Part shown: in pieces, positions 31,885 to 42,999 of the stretch
Position numbering within the stretch: the stretch's first letter is position 1
How the letters are laid out: each line of letters begins with the position of its first letter
Assembly: GCA_963797555.1 (NCBI GenBank)
Contig: CAWCPV010000019.1
Span: 11,117 to 75,116 of the forward strand
Reading direction: 5' to 3'
DNA length: 64,000 nt
Origin: an uncultured Gammaproteobacteria bacterium
GTDB lineage: Bacteria; Pseudomonadota; Gammaproteobacteria; CAWCPV01
The notes under the pieces: generated by a model
The model's input: the letters and a program-made list of their open reading frames with translations, nothing else
Database searches by the model: none
What the model was told of the DNA's origin: nothing
Made by a program: the position numbers and the translations under genes

Positions 31885-32175
31885 TGGAGCTGAAAAGCTA
31901 TCTTGCCTGGAGTGCAACGCCTCGAGCCTTCTCCACCGCCGACCCTCCGCCGAGATCACCCACTGCCCCTGATCGCCGTCCCCACACAGCCGAAAGAACA
32001 TCCCCAAGGACCTGTCGACCGCGCGCCAGCACCCGGTCCCACAGTGCTTTTTCCACCTCGTGCGCCGCTTGACCGGCCTGAACGGCCTGCTCCACATAAC
32101 CAACCATCTCTCGGACCTGCCCCAGCAACTGCTCACCGTTGACGCTCGCCACCGCTTCATGCATCGTGCTCATCA
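31885..32175 (-). pseudogene. ISKra4-like transposase N-terminal fragment
   Basis: AAHEVEKALWDRVLARGR..LGMFFRLCGDGDQG..RRLEALHSR. Confidence 0.55.
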
Positions 32176-32919
32176 ACTTGATCGAGCCGCAGGGTTGTAC
32201 TTTTCTTGCATCATGGACCCCAGTCGAAGCGTCGTATTCCGGCCACGACATCCCAGGCAGCCCGACCTTTAAAATATTCTCGACCCGGGCGGGGGCGCGG
32301 CGCGAGCAGACCCCCACTGCGGGGAAGAGCGCACCGCCCGCGTCGCCTCTTACCGACCCGGATTGTCGGGCGAGTGTCAGTCACGCTGTCCCCCGTCCTG
32401 AGTGCGGCAGGCAACGCGGAGCGCTCAGCCCCCTGCGCTCATCTCGGGTATGGCCTGTAGGCTACAATGGGAGGGTTATTTTCAAGGCATCAATACCTGC
32501 GCCGGTAGCACCCAATGAATGGAGAAGTCACGATAGCGCATCACCACCGACCGGATACTGCAAAGGGCGCATCTGCATTGGGTGCCACACATCGAAAGCG
32601 CACGCGCGCAAGCCCTCGCCTCCCCGGAGGTCCCGCCGTACCGCATATCCCCATGGCCACCAGGCGGTTTGCTCACACCTGCTCCCATGCCTCGCGGTCG
32701 GCGAGAAGCTTAGGGGCGTGCACGTGATTTCTCGCAGCCCGGCCGCGCGCCTGCGGCCGGCGTTCGAATTCCTGCAGGCACAGGGCTGCGCCGACGCCGC
32801 GGAGGGCTTGCCCTGCTGGCAAAGGTGCGGCGCGCAGACCGAGGAAGCGGAACGACACGACTGAGCCGCTTGTTTTTCCGCTAGCTCCAAGAGCAGCGCC
32901 CGGTCTGCGGCGTCGGAAG

Positions 32920-34016
32920 ATGTCGTCCTATCGGGCCGGGGCGCCATCCTCTACGATTTCTTTCTGGTACCCGGGGGCGCGGAGCATGTCGCCACGGTCC
33001 TGGGGGACACTTTCGCGGAGGCGGACTTGGTGTTCGGCTCCATCGCAGAGCAATGTCGCGGCGAGTTGGCCCGGTTCGGCAATCGCGTGGTGGATCTGGG
33101 GGCAGGAGCTTCCGGTGCCGAGGAGCGGGCGATCAGGACCATGCGTGCCTTTCGACGGCGCACGAAGTTTCTTGCGGCCTATGACTGGGTGATCTACAGC
33201 GGCAGCTACGGACCGATGGCGGTGCACAATCACCCGGCGGGGCGGAATATTCTGTACTGCCACACCATTCCGCGCTTTGCCTATGACCTCAGGGACTATT
33301 ATCGCCGCCACACCCCTGTGCTCCTGCGTCCCGCACTCTGGGCCTTGGGGCACTATGTCCGCCGGCGCTACGAACGGGCCTTCGCGCACATGGACGCGGT
33401 CGCGGTGAACTCCGAGAACGTGCAGACCCGCGTGCAGGCCTTCCTGGGCGGGCCGTCTCGAGTGATCTATCCGCCCTGCGACACGGCCGCGTTTCGCTGG
33501 CTGGGACAAGCCGATTATTATCTCTCGACCGCGCGCGCGGAGCCCTACAAGCGCCTCGACACCATCGTGAAGGCATTCGCGGCCATGCCCGATCGACGCT
33601 TGATCGTCACCTCGGGGGGAAGCGAGCTGGCGATGTTGAGGCGCATCGCCGCTGGGGCGCTCAACATCGAGTTTACCGGCTGGGTGAGCAAGCAGGCGCT
33701 CGCGGAGCTGGTAGGCCGTTCCATCGCTACCATCTACTTGCCCCGGGACGAGGATTTCGGCCTCTCCCCGGTGGAATCCATGGCCGCGGGGAAACCGGTA
33801 ATCGGCGTGGACGAGGGTGGGCTGCGGGAGACCATCGTCGACGGGGAAACCGGCATGCTGCTGCCAAGCCCCCCTTCGGCTCAGGGACTGACCAATGCCG
33901 TGAGGACGCTCGGGCCGCGGCGTGCTCAATCCATGCGTACGGCGTGTGAAGCCCAGGCGCGAAGATTCGAAGTGGAGCACTTCCAGAAGCAGATGCGGAG
34001 CCTGGTTCGGGGTTAG
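32920..34016 (+). CDS. Glycosyltransferase family 4
   Basis: ILYDFFLVPGGAEHV (frameshift near the start), YCHTIPRFAYD, EPYKRLD, EDFGLSPVESMAAGKPVI..GGLRETIVDGETG. Confidence 0.88.
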
Positions 34017-34207
34017 CGCAGATTCGGGTATCTGTACGCGGAGGTATGTGCGTTTCTTGTTCCCCGCGGACGAATCAATGGGGCTGGCGCTTACGGCGCA
34101 CGGGTAACTGCTCCCCCAATACCCATGAACCGGCATGTCCATGGCCATCCCGGGCGCCACGCCACAAGGACGCTTCGCGGGGTGGCGCATTGCTTTCTGG
34201 GCAGTCC

Positions 34208-34948
34208 CTAACGGGACTGGTTCCATTGATGGTAGGCGACGAGCACCTTGTCCGCGCCGTCCACCATGCGCGTCACGCCTTCCTCGATCCAGGCTACCCG
34301 GGAACAGAGATCTCGATGCAGCGCAGGCTGGTGAGACACGAACACCACGGTCTGGCCGGATCGCATCTTGGCCTTCATCGCGTCGGTGGATTTCTTCGCG
34401 AACGACTCGTCGCCCACGCCCAGAACCTCGTCCACCAGGAGCACGTCCGGGCTCATTTCCATCGCCACCGCGAAACCGAGACGGGCCCGCATGCCCGAAG
34501 AATAGGTTTTGAGCGGCTCGTCTATCCAGTCCTGCAGCTCGGCGAATTCGATGATGCGCCCCAGGCGACTCCGCGCCTCCCGCCGGGAATAGCCCAGCAG
34601 CATCGCCCCCATGATGGCATTGTCCCGTCCCGACAGCTCGGAGGAAAAGCCGAGCTGGAGCGTGAGCAAGGATATGGAGACCGGCTGGTGCACCGTGATC
34701 GTGCCAGCGTTCGGCAAGATGATGCCCGCGACCAACCGCAGCAAAGTGGATTTTCCGGCCCCGTTACGCCCTATCAACCCCAGGGTCTCGCCGCGGTACA
34801 GAGTGAAGCTCACGTCCTTCAGCGCTTGGTAGCTGCGGCTGCCCAGCAGCCCATGCCGCACCCGATATGTGCAGCCCACGTTTTGCAGGGATATCAGAGG
34901 CTCGCGGGATTGCATGGGCTCATGGAAAGAGAAGGGGGTTCGCTGCAA
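34208..34948 (-). CDS. Polysaccharide ABC exporter ATPase (Wzt/KpsT/TagH-like, no C-terminal binding domain)
   Basis: GRNGAGKST, YSSGMRARLGF, LLVDEVLGVGD. Confidence 0.92.
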   Translation of the reverse strand: MQRTPFSFHEPMQSREPLISLQNVGCTYRVRHGLLGSRSYQALKDVSFTLYRGETLGLIGRNGAGKSTLLRLVAGIILPNAGTITVHQPVSISLLTLQLGFSSELSGRDNAIMGAMLLGYSRREARSRLGRIIEFAELQDWIDEPLKTYSSGMRARLGFAVAMEMSPDVLLVDEVLGVGDESFAKKSTDAMKAKMRSGQTVVFVSHQPALHRDLCSRVAWIEEGVTRMVDGADKVLVAYHQWNQSR

Positions 34949-35112
34949 AGGGCAGCGAAATAACCGCCTCGATCACGGCCCTCCGCCCGGGAGCTGCAGG
35001 ATGGGGTAGACCTCGAACCGTGACAGTACCAACGCATTCATGGGTATTTCCCCGGGCCGCTTTCCGAGAGTCAGGGACGGCAGGGCAAGACACCAGCGCT
35101 AATGGTACTCCG

Positions 35113-35880
35113 TCACTGGCAGATACGGGGATACAGGTGATCGAAGCGCCGCACCAACACCAGGGACAGCCAGAGCAGGATCGAGCCCGCCGCAAACACC
35201 TCGAGCAGATAGCCCCAATCCGGCCAGAGGCCGTAGATCAGTACGTCGCGGTAGGTCTTGATCAACCCCGCCATGGGGTTGAGGTACAGGATGCTGCGGT
35301 GCTCGGGCAGCACGATGCTCTGGATGTCGTAGAACACGCCGGAGCCGAAGAACATCAGGGACAGTCCCGTACTGATGATGAACTTGAGGTCCGGCAGGAA
35401 CGGCACCAGGGCCGCACACAAGACGCCCGCGGCAAGCACGAACACTCCCTGCACGATCAAGAGCACCGGAAGCGCAAGCCAGCTCGTGTGGACCGGCGTC
35501 GGGTAAAACACCAGAAACAGTAACAGCAAGGCGACGGCGAACAGGTGCTTGAACCCGTCTCGCAGGAACACTTCCACAGGGAAGAAGGCCTTGGGGATGT
35601 TGACCTGGAGCATCAGGCCACCGCCGGCAAGTATGCTGCCGGCTGCGTTGTTGACGGTGCGGTTGAACCAATTCCACGAGGTGAGCCCGGTGAGCAGGAA
35701 GGCGGCGAAGTCTTTTGTGCTGCGATTGAGAAAGAGACCGAAGACCACATAGAACACACCCATGGTCAGTACCGGCTCGATCACCCACCAGAGATAGTTC
35801 AGGTAGTAGCGCGACACCTCGGTTTTCAGGTTCGCGGCGGTCTTGAACATGAGCAGCCCGAAGAAAGGAGTCTTGTTCAT
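35113..35880 (-). CDS. Polysaccharide ABC exporter permease (Wzm-like)
   Basis: YLNYLWWVIEP, FLPDL, YLNPMAGLI..YR; ABC-2 membrane profile. Confidence 0.9.
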   Translation of the reverse strand: MNKTPFFGLLMFKTAANLKTEVSRYYLNYLWWVIEPVLTMGVFYVVFGLFLNRSTKDFAAFLLTGLTSWNWFNRTVNNAAGSILAGGGLMLQVNIPKAFFPVEVFLRDGFKHLFAVALLLLFLVFYPTPVHTSWLALPVLLIVQGVFVLAAGVLCAALVPFLPDLKFIISTGLSLMFFGSGVFYDIQSIVLPEHRSILYLNPMAGLIKTYRDVLIYGLWPDWGYLLEVFAAGSILLWLSLVLVRRFDHLYPRICQ

Positions 35881-35891
35881 TCCCGAGTGCT

Positions 35892-37226
35892 TCAGCCTGC
35901 TAGGGATGCTTGCCCGTTTCGTGTCGCCTCCGGACGGCGTGCCAACGCCGGCGCCAGGACGGCGGCGAGAGCTTGCGCGCGGCTCTCCCAAGACTCGGCA
36001 CGCACGCTTTCCAGGGAAAGAGAAAACTCGTCCTCCAGCTCGCCGCGCTGCCAGGAGTGGAGCAGGCGGGTCAGCACGGCGGCGATTCGCTGCGGCTCGT
36101 CGAGCACGGCAACTCCGCGACGCTGATCGCCAATGAGCGCGGCCGTCGGGTCGTCCGCATTCTTGTAAAGGTGCAGGATGGGGCGCGCGCTCCCGAGGTA
36201 CTCGTAGTATTTCCCCGGCACCTGGTAGGACTGGGTGTTCGCGATATTGACCAGCATGGTGGCCTCACGCTGCAGGGCGAGGCACGCGAAGTGATCGATT
36301 TTCCCCAAGATTGCGACCCGGTCGCCAAGCGCCTCGAGACGACGTTGGAACCCGCCCGCGTCCCCGGCCACGACCAGTCGTATCGAGGGTATTTGTTGCA
36401 GCGCCGCGATCAGATTCACGGGGTTGCGAAACCCCGCGTACAGGCTCCCTGTGTAAAGCAAGGTGAATGTCCCCGGGGGCATGACCGCTTCCACCCGGCT
36501 GCGCGGCAATGACGATGGTTCCTGTGGGTGGAGGGCAAACCCTTGGGGGATGACCGCGAATTTGCCGGGGCTCCGGCCATGGCGCCTCTGCAATAGCTCC
36601 GCTGCCGCAGCCGTCGTGGTCAGAACGCGGTCCGCTCGGGCGCACACGCTTTGCTCGAACCGCCGATCCAACCAGCGGCGCCACCGGGGGGTATAAGGCG
36701 TCAGGAGCGGGTCCGCCAGGTCCACGACCCAATACAGACCCGGATACCGCTTCTTGACCAGCCAGCCCAACAGCAGATCCACCCCGGGCTCGTGCGAGCT
36801 CAGCACCACGGAGTAGGCACCTTCGCGAATGAGTGTCCGCAGCCGGCGATAGGCGAACGGCAGCCATTCCGTGCGGACGTCGGGAAAGAGCAGATGGTCG
36901 AGCACCCTGCGCATACCGAGGTAGATGGACTGGACCAGACCCGGTCGCGCGGGGGTTGCCTTCGCCTCCTCCGCACGCTCCGCGTTCGTTCGGCGGCGGC
37001 GCGCCAGCCAACCCGAGACGCCGACGAAGGGCCCGGGAAAGACCCGGTGGACACTGACGCCGGGTTCGAGAACGCCCGAAAATTGCCACTTGTCCCATAT
37101 ACTCGGCGCCACTACGTCGATCGCGATGCCGCTTCGCGCCAGAGCGTTCGCCAAGTAGAACCAGCGCAGCGACTGGGCCGCCACCACGGGCGGGAACTCG
37201 TACGCCAGCAACAGGATCTTCGCCAT
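35892..37226 (-). CDS. Glycosyltransferase (GT4-like)
   Basis: KILLLAYEFPP, WVVDLADP, LLYTGSLY..RNP, PGKYYEYLGSARPIL; the upstream part of the 782-aa ORF is spurious overlap with wecB. Confidence 0.85.
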   Translation of the reverse strand: MAKILLLAYEFPPVVAAQSLRWFYLANALARSGIAIDVVAPSIWDKWQFSGVLEPGVSVHRVFPGPFVGVSGWLARRRRTNAERAEEAKATPARPGLVQSIYLGMRRVLDHLLFPDVRTEWLPFAYRRLRTLIREGAYSVVLSSHEPGVDLLLGWLVKKRYPGLYWVVDLADPLLTPYTPRWRRWLDRRFEQSVCARADRVLTTTAAAAELLQRRHGRSPGKFAVIPQGFALHPQEPSSLPRSRVEAVMPPGTFTLLYTGSLYAGFRNPVNLIAALQQIPSIRLVVAGDAGGFQRRLEALGDRVAILGKIDHFACLALQREATMLVNIANTQSYQVPGKYYEYLGSARPILHLYKNADDPTAALIGDQRRGVAVLDEPQRIAAVLTRLLHSWQRGELEDEFSLSLESVRAESWESRAQALAAVLAPALARRPEATRNGQASLAG

Positions 37227-38323
37227 CAGGCGTACTCCTGGCGGAGGACTTCCACAATCCGCTCCGCGGCATGGCCGTCGCCATAGGGGGATACACCCTT
37301 CGCCACGCTCTTGTACTCCTGCTCGTCGTGCAAGAGCCGCTCGGTCTCCGCCACGATCCGCTCGGGTTCCGTGCCGACCAAACGCACCACGCCGGCCTCG
37401 ATCGCCTCTGGCCTCTCCGTTTCGTTTCTCAGCACCAAGACGGGCTTCGCCAGCGCCGGCGCCTCTTCCTGAACCCCGCCGGAGTCGGTGAGGATCAAGT
37501 AGGCGGCCTTCATCGCAGCGACAAAGGGCAAATAATCGAGAGGCTCGCACAGCGTGATTCGAGGCTGTTGCGACAGCTCGCGATGTACGGGCTCGTGGAC
37601 ATTGGGGTTGGGATGCACCGGATACAGAATGTGGACATCGGGATTGCGGCGCGCGATCTCCCGCAGCGCGTGGATGATGTTCCCCAGCGGCGCGCCGAAG
37701 CTCTCGCGCCTGTGAGCAGTAACCAGCACTAGCCGCTCGTGACGTGGCATGTTCACGCCGATGGCGGACGCCTCGGGCGCGATGGCCAGCAGCGCGTCGA
37801 TCACGGGGTTCCCGGTCACGTAGATGTCCCGGTCGCAAATGCCTTCCCGCAACAGACTCTGGCGCGCCCGTTGCGTCGGGGCAAAGTGCCAGCGCGCGAG
37901 GTGTCCCGCGACGATGCGGTTCATTTCTTCCGGAAACGGGTTTCGCAGGTCCCCGGTGCGCAGCCCCGCCTCGACATGACCGAACGCGACGTTTCGGTAA
38001 TAGCTCACCAGGGCCGCCGTCATGACGGTGGTGGTGTCCCCCTCGGCGAGGACCACGTCGGGCCTCTCCTCGAGCAGTACCTCGTCGAGCTTCGTGATCA
38101 GCCTTGCGGTGAGCGCGGCGAGGGTCTGGTTCGGACGCATGACGTCGAGGTCCCGGTCGGCGCGGATCGCGAACAGCGACAGCACCTGATCCAGCATCTC
38201 TCGGTGCTGTGCAGTGGCCAACACCCGCAGCCTGGCCCAAGGCTCTGCCTGCAACGCGCGGATAACCGGCGCCATCTTGATGGTCTCGGGACGTGTCCCG
38301 ACGATGCAGAGAACGTTGGTCAT
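37226..38323 (-). CDS. wecB: UDP-N-acetylglucosamine 2-epimerase (non-hydrolysing)
   Basis: GTRPETIKMAP, GDTTT, HVEAGLR, PFPEEMNR, TAHRRE, TDSGGVQEEAP. Confidence 0.95.
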   Translation of the reverse strand: MTNVLCIVGTRPETIKMAPVIRALQAEPWARLRVLATAQHREMLDQVLSLFAIRADRDLDVMRPNQTLAALTARLITKLDEVLLEERPDVVLAEGDTTTVMTAALVSYYRNVAFGHVEAGLRTGDLRNPFPEEMNRIVAGHLARWHFAPTQRARQSLLREGICDRDIYVTGNPVIDALLAIAPEASAIGVNMPRHERLVLVTAHRRESFGAPLGNIIHALREIARRNPDVHILYPVHPNPNVHEPVHRELSQQPRITLCEPLDYLPFVAAMKAAYLILTDSGGVQEEAPALAKPVLVLRNETERPEAIEAGVVRLVGTEPERIVAETERLLHDEQEYKSVAKGVSPYGDGHAAERIVEVLRQEYA

Positions 38324-38413
38324 GACAATGTTGGCTGTCTGGGCTCCTATTCGCCAGTTGGCGGTCGTTGCGCGTCCTGATCGGCAGGTACCGACCCCGG
38401 AGATCTGGCTCGC

Positions 38414-39505
38414 CTACTCGGTGAGTACCGTAAATTCACCGAGGTCGAAAACTTCGCCGCTCGGGCAAACGGCCGTCAGAGGCACAAGTCGCGGCACTCG
38501 AATCAGCTCCGGGGGCACTTCGGCCGACATAACCGTTCCCGCCTCTGCGACCGTCGTCTTTAGACGATAGCCGCCGAGGCTGAGGTAGCTCACTCTGTCG
38601 AAACCCTGCCCGCTAACCCAGAAGGCGGAGCTCCCGTCGGGCTGCAGATTGAAGGACTGGCCGGAGACCGTAGGGCAGGGTCCCCAGGCGTCGACGCTAA
38701 AGGCCGGCCTGTGGCGCGAAACCTCACAGTTCTGCCGGGCGAGGGTTCTGGCGACGAGGGGTAGACTGATAGACTCTCTCCAATAGATGCCGTGATCGAA
38801 GTAGTGGTCCCCAAACGACTGAATTTCCGCGAATCCGGCCGCGGAAAACTCAGTCACGAGCGACTTCAGGGAAAACACCCGCATCTCCAGCGTGCTTCCC
38901 TTGCCGCCATGAAAGATCAGGTCCGAGAAGACTTGGGTGCTCCCACCTCTGGTACGGTTGTGCAGCACGGGATGGCCTCTGTGCTCGCGGATCTCGTACT
39001 GGTAAAGATCGGGAAAATGCTCCTGCGTCTCGCCCTCCGGCTTGTAGGGCACGCTGAATATCATCACACCGCCCGACTTTAGCAACCGTCTGGCGCTGAC
39101 GAATGCCCGCGTGACGGGGGGAGCGATGTGCTCGTGGACGTCCGAGGCGATGATGAAATCGAGAGACCCCGCCATGGACTCGGGGATGTCGGTGATATCG
39201 AGCCTCGGCTCTCGATGGAAGTACGTGTTGGTGTAATCCAGCTTCTCGGTCAGGCGCTGGGCGTACCCCTCCCAGTCGCTCAGGCCGATGCCCTTGAGGT
39301 CCTTTCTAACCGGAAAATCCGGCACAGCCCGGCTCTCACCGAATAGCTCCGTGGAAAGGGCATGCACGATGCCGCGCATTCTCACGGTGGAGTGACAGGA
39401 AGGGCAAGACGGTTCCTCGCGCGCGAACTGGTGCATCGGAGACTCGCAGTGTACCCCGCAGACATTGCAGCGGTATCGCAGATAGCCGAGTTTGGTATGG
39501 CTCAT
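38414..39505 (-). CDS. SAM-dependent methyltransferase with N-terminal zinc ribbon and C-terminal beta domain
   Basis: CNVC..CPSC, LDFIIASDVHEHI, RLLKSGGVMIFSVP; C-terminal WGP..SFNLQPDGSSAFWV. Confidence 0.75.
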   Translation of the reverse strand: MSHTKLGYLRYRCNVCGVHCESPMHQFAREEPSCPSCHSTVRMRGIVHALSTELFGESRAVPDFPVRKDLKGIGLSDWEGYAQRLTEKLDYTNTYFHREPRLDITDIPESMAGSLDFIIASDVHEHIAPPVTRAFVSARRLLKSGGVMIFSVPYKPEGETQEHFPDLYQYEIREHRGHPVLHNRTRGGSTQVFSDLIFHGGKGSTLEMRVFSLKSLVTEFSAAGFAEIQSFGDHYFDHGIYWRESISLPLVARTLARQNCEVSRHRPAFSVDAWGPCPTVSGQSFNLQPDGSSAFWVSGQGFDRVSYLSLGGYRLKTTVAEAGTVMSAEVPPELIRVPRLVPLTAVCPSGEVFDLGEFTVLTE

Positions 39506-41718
39506 GGCTGACACGCTCGGTTCAATCGTCCGAGGACGGTGGACACTCTCTGCTCCCAGGTGTTCGCGCGCGCGACAGCGATGAGCTTGTCAGCCAGCTC
39601 GGCGTCGGAGCACCGTTCCAGCGCGGCCCCGAGGTTGCGCACAAACGCCGCGTGCCCAGCTTCGGCGAGCACGCCTGGGTACTTCTGGCACTCTTGCAGG
39701 TCGGACGTCACTACAGGTTTCCCGCTACTCATATACTCGAACAGCTTGACCGGGGAGACGGCGTCAGTGATCTCGTTTCTCGCGAACGGGATGATGCAGA
39801 CGGCAAATGCCTGGAGTATGGCTGGCAGACGGGCGTGAGGGACAGGCGGAAGGAAGTGGACATTCGAGTACCTGCGCTCAAGTTTGTCGACCTCATGTTG
39901 AACGCCCAGCATCGGACCCACGAAAACCAGCTCGCAGTGCGGAAACGCTTTGGCCACCGAGGCGATGAGCGGAAAATCGAGCCACTCGGCGATGGCGCCG
40001 AAGTAGCCTACTATCGGTTTGCCCCTGCAACGCTCTGTCAGCTCTCGGTCGGGGCCGGCTGCCGCGACACGCTCGATGAAACCCGCCTCGACCGCATTGT
40101 TGAGCAACAGTGTCTTGGATTGGTAACGCTCGGGAATCTTGGACTTGAGCCGGTCGGCGGAGACCGTGATCAGGTCCGCCTCTTCCAGCAACGCCTGGTG
40201 CATGTGCTCCACCTCGTCCGACGGCAGCTCGAGCAGCGACAGCTCGTCCATGTAATCGTAGACGAGCGTAGAGTAATTGATGGCCCCCAGATACTTCCCG
40301 TTATTTGGCCACAGGCAGTAGTACAGCGTTTCCGCCGCGGTGAATGCGTGGTGGAGATAGCCAAGGTACTTCTCGCTGAGTAAGTACAGCCGTTCGCCGA
40401 CCCTTTCCGTCACCTCGACCGCGTCTGACCGGTGATTGAGCGTGCCGTATAAGACCAAGCAGCCCGCGTCGGCGAACGCGCCGGCCAACTGCTGCGGGCG
40501 CTGCTTCATCCAGTGGTAGTCGATCGTCGGGGGGAAAACGATGACTTGCTTGAACGGCGACGCGGCTCGGACCCGCTTGACCTCCTCCATCAGCGGACCG
40601 AAGTCGAAGGCCGGCGCGGGCCGGACCGGGTCCGTCCGTCCCGCGATGAGCGACACCACCACGGCCCGCAGGTAGTTGCGTTTCTGCGTCAGCGAGCCGC
40701 GCAGGAACTCGTTCCGAAACACCTCGCCGCGCACCTCCCAGCGCCCCCTCGCGGCCGCCCGGCTGGCGGTCTTGGCGATGACAGACCGGCCCCCTGCCTC
40801 GGCGCTCTGGATCTGAATCAGCAAGTGCTTGTAGTTCTGGAAGCGCACGCGAATACGCTCGATCGCCGGGTCGATCGCCTCGGCGCGCCGGGCGTAATCG
40901 GCCAGATCGCGGTCGAACTTTCTCCAATAAGACAAGGCCAGGTCGCTGAACGTCCAGCGGATCTGGTGCTTCTGGAAAAAATGCTCCCGGTTGCGCTCGA
41001 ACAACTGCCGGTAGTCGGCGTAGCCGAGTTTTTTGAACGACACGCTGCCCTTGTGATAGACGAAGCAATCCTCGACCACCGCGAGCTTCTGATGCGCCTG
41101 AGTGCGCACCCGCAAACAGAAGTCGTCGTCCTCGAACATCCCGACGCCGAAGTCTTCGTCCAGATAGCCGATCGTCTCCGGCAGCTCGCGCCGCATCGCC
41201 ACGCAGAAAAATCCCAGTTTCTCCGTATCGAACCAGACGCCGGCCTGCCGCTTGCAGTACTGGTGGGCAAGCTCGGCGAAATTGCGCTCGGTGAGACCCG
41301 GGATCTCGATGCGCTGCTCGTTGCCGCAGGAGTTGGTGACCGGGCCCACCATACCGACCGTGCGATCGGTTTCCAGCAGCCTGAGGAGTCCGGGCAACCA
41401 GCCGTCGGACACCAGAGTGTCGTTGTTGAGAAGCACGATATAGCGGCCTCGCGCCATCCGCATGCCGTCGTTGTTTCCACCGGCATACCCTTTGTTCGCC
41501 GAATTGAGCTGAACCCGCATGTTCTCGTGGTTACGGCCCAGTCGGGCGAGAAACTCGGGGGTAGCGTCCGCGGATGCGTTGTCCACGACGATGAGCTCGT
41601 TCACGACGAGGTCTGTGTGCTCGAGGACAGACTCGATGCACGGCCGCGTGGCGTGCTCGAGCTCGTTGTAAGTCAGCACGAGGATGCTCGCGTGGAGTTT
41701 TGAGGCAACAGCAGGCAC
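39502..41718 (-). CDS. Two-domain glycosyltransferase (GT2 + GT-B)
   Basis: SILVLTYN, VVDNASAD, GYAGGNN, LLNNDT, GMFEDDD; then KQRPQQLA, YDYMDEL, SPVKLFEYMSSGKPVV; start is approximate. Confidence 0.88.
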   Translation of the reverse strand: MPAVASKLHASILVLTYNELEHATRPCIESVLEHTDLVVNELIVVDNASADATPEFLARLGRNHENMRVQLNSANKGYAGGNNDGMRMARGRYIVLLNNDTLVSDGWLPGLLRLLETDRTVGMVGPVTNSCGNEQRIEIPGLTERNFAELAHQYCKRQAGVWFDTEKLGFFCVAMRRELPETIGYLDEDFGVGMFEDDDFCLRVRTQAHQKLAVVEDCFVYHKGSVSFKKLGYADYRQLFERNREHFFQKHQIRWTFSDLALSYWRKFDRDLADYARRAEAIDPAIERIRVRFQNYKHLLIQIQSAEAGGRSVIAKTASRAAARGRWEVRGEVFRNEFLRGSLTQKRNYLRAVVVSLIAGRTDPVRPAPAFDFGPLMEEVKRVRAASPFKQVIVFPPTIDYHWMKQRPQQLAGAFADAGCLVLYGTLNHRSDAVEVTERVGERLYLLSEKYLGYLHHAFTAAETLYYCLWPNNGKYLGAINYSTLVYDYMDELSLLELPSDEVEHMHQALLEEADLITVSADRLKSKIPERYQSKTLLLNNAVEAGFIERVAAAGPDRELTERCRGKPIVGYFGAIAEWLDFPLIASVAKAFPHCELVFVGPMLGVQHEVDKLERRYSNVHFLPPVPHARLPAILQAFAVCIIPFARNEITDAVSPVKLFEYMSSGKPVVTSDLQECQKYPGVLAEAGHAAFVRNLGAALERCSDAELADKLIAVARANTWEQRVSTVLGRLNRACQP

Positions 41719-41818
41719 CTTGGGAGTTGGGCCGTCGGCGGGGATCACGAAGAGTGGGAGGCTCCTGGCTCCTGGGTGCCCCTCGCCCGCGGACGCCACG
41801 GACCTAGCACCACATAGG

Positions 41819-42595
41819 CTAGACCGGGTGTCCGGCCAGTCGCGACACCTCCAGAATCTGGTCGCGATGCGGACCGGCTCGCATGGCAAGGATTCTATTC
41901 CGAATGAATTCCAATTCATCCCTGGGCACCTCTCGCTTGACTGACTCGGAGGTGCCGCCAACCCGGCCCAGCTCCACCAATTCCTGCACTCGCACCTGCT
42001 GCACGCCAGCCGCTTCCGCCAGAGGCCGCAGACCGTCGGGCCGATACAACAGGTCCTCGTACCAGAAAAAACCCGCGCAATGGGCGAAAGACAGGTAACT
42101 GTCGATGCGAACCAGCCAGCCTTCTAGCCATTGGCTCAAGTCCTGGTCGTCCCAACCGCGCAAGCTGAGCCAGGTATCCAGCGGGTTGCGTCCGCAGAAG
42201 TAGATTTTGATCTCCGGGAAGAGGGACTCCAACAGGTCAATCCCACGTATGTAGTGTCCCACCTCTTTGAAACCGACGCGTCCATAGGGGCCGCGGGAAT
42301 AGATAGCCGACAACGTGACCTTTAGCCCGAGGTCCATCGCAGCACGCACCTGCTCCCAGTCGGGGTTGATGTTGGCGGTAAAAACGTCCGAGAATCGACC
42401 TTTGGAAAAATATTCAATGCGCTCTTGCATACCGGCCTGACAGAATTTTTCGGCCTCAGTCCTCATCGACAGATAACGCATGAGCATCCGGCCGTTCTCT
42501 CCCCACACGAGAGTTCCCGGGTTCAGATTGAATACCCGTTGCACCAAGGTGCTGCCACAGCGCATCGACACGCCGAAAATCGCGAGATCCACCAT
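41819..42595 (-). CDS. Sulfotransferase-like protein
   Basis: MRCGSTLVQR, VWGEN, GFKEV, GRNPLDTWLS, YEDL. Confidence 0.72.
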   Translation of the reverse strand: MVDLAIFGVSMRCGSTLVQRVFNLNPGTLVWGENGRMLMRYLSMRTEAEKFCQAGMQERIEYFSKGRFSDVFTANINPDWEQVRAAMDLGLKVTLSAIYSRGPYGRVGFKEVGHYIRGIDLLESLFPEIKIYFCGRNPLDTWLSLRGWDDQDLSQWLEGWLVRIDSYLSFAHCAGFFWYEDLLYRPDGLRPLAEAAGVQQVRVQELVELGRVGGTSESVKREVPRDELEFIRNRILAMRAGPHRDQILEVSRLAGHPV

Positions 42596-42999
42596 AGTTG
42601 TGCTCGACTGATGGTCAGGAGTGGCTCGTTCGCGCGGGCCGCACGCCGCACGACCACCTGCCTGTCGTCAAGCGCGCGAAGTCCGCCCCGCGCAACACCG
42701 TCTGCTCAAGGAGACTGCCCGACCGGAGGAGCCATTGGCGTTGTCGCAAGCTGGAACTCCTCGGGAGCGCTTCCCCTGCTCGGGCAGCATAGGACCTCGG
42801 CTCAATAAGACCGACGCGGCACGAACCGTTTGACAAGGCTCGACCGAGTGGCCGAACGTGGCGTAGCTCGTCGAAGCCCCGACACGACGGCCCATTGCGA
42901 GACAGGCACCGGGTCGTGCTCGTTTGGGGCTCCGATACAATCGAGCTGGACCATCGAAGCACGCCGCAATTGCCAAACACAAATGTGTAGTATAAAGTA

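Noticed and set aside
35892-38240. 782-aa ORF
   Set aside because: The N-terminal ~340 aa is an alternate frame of wecB; the real GT starts at 37226.
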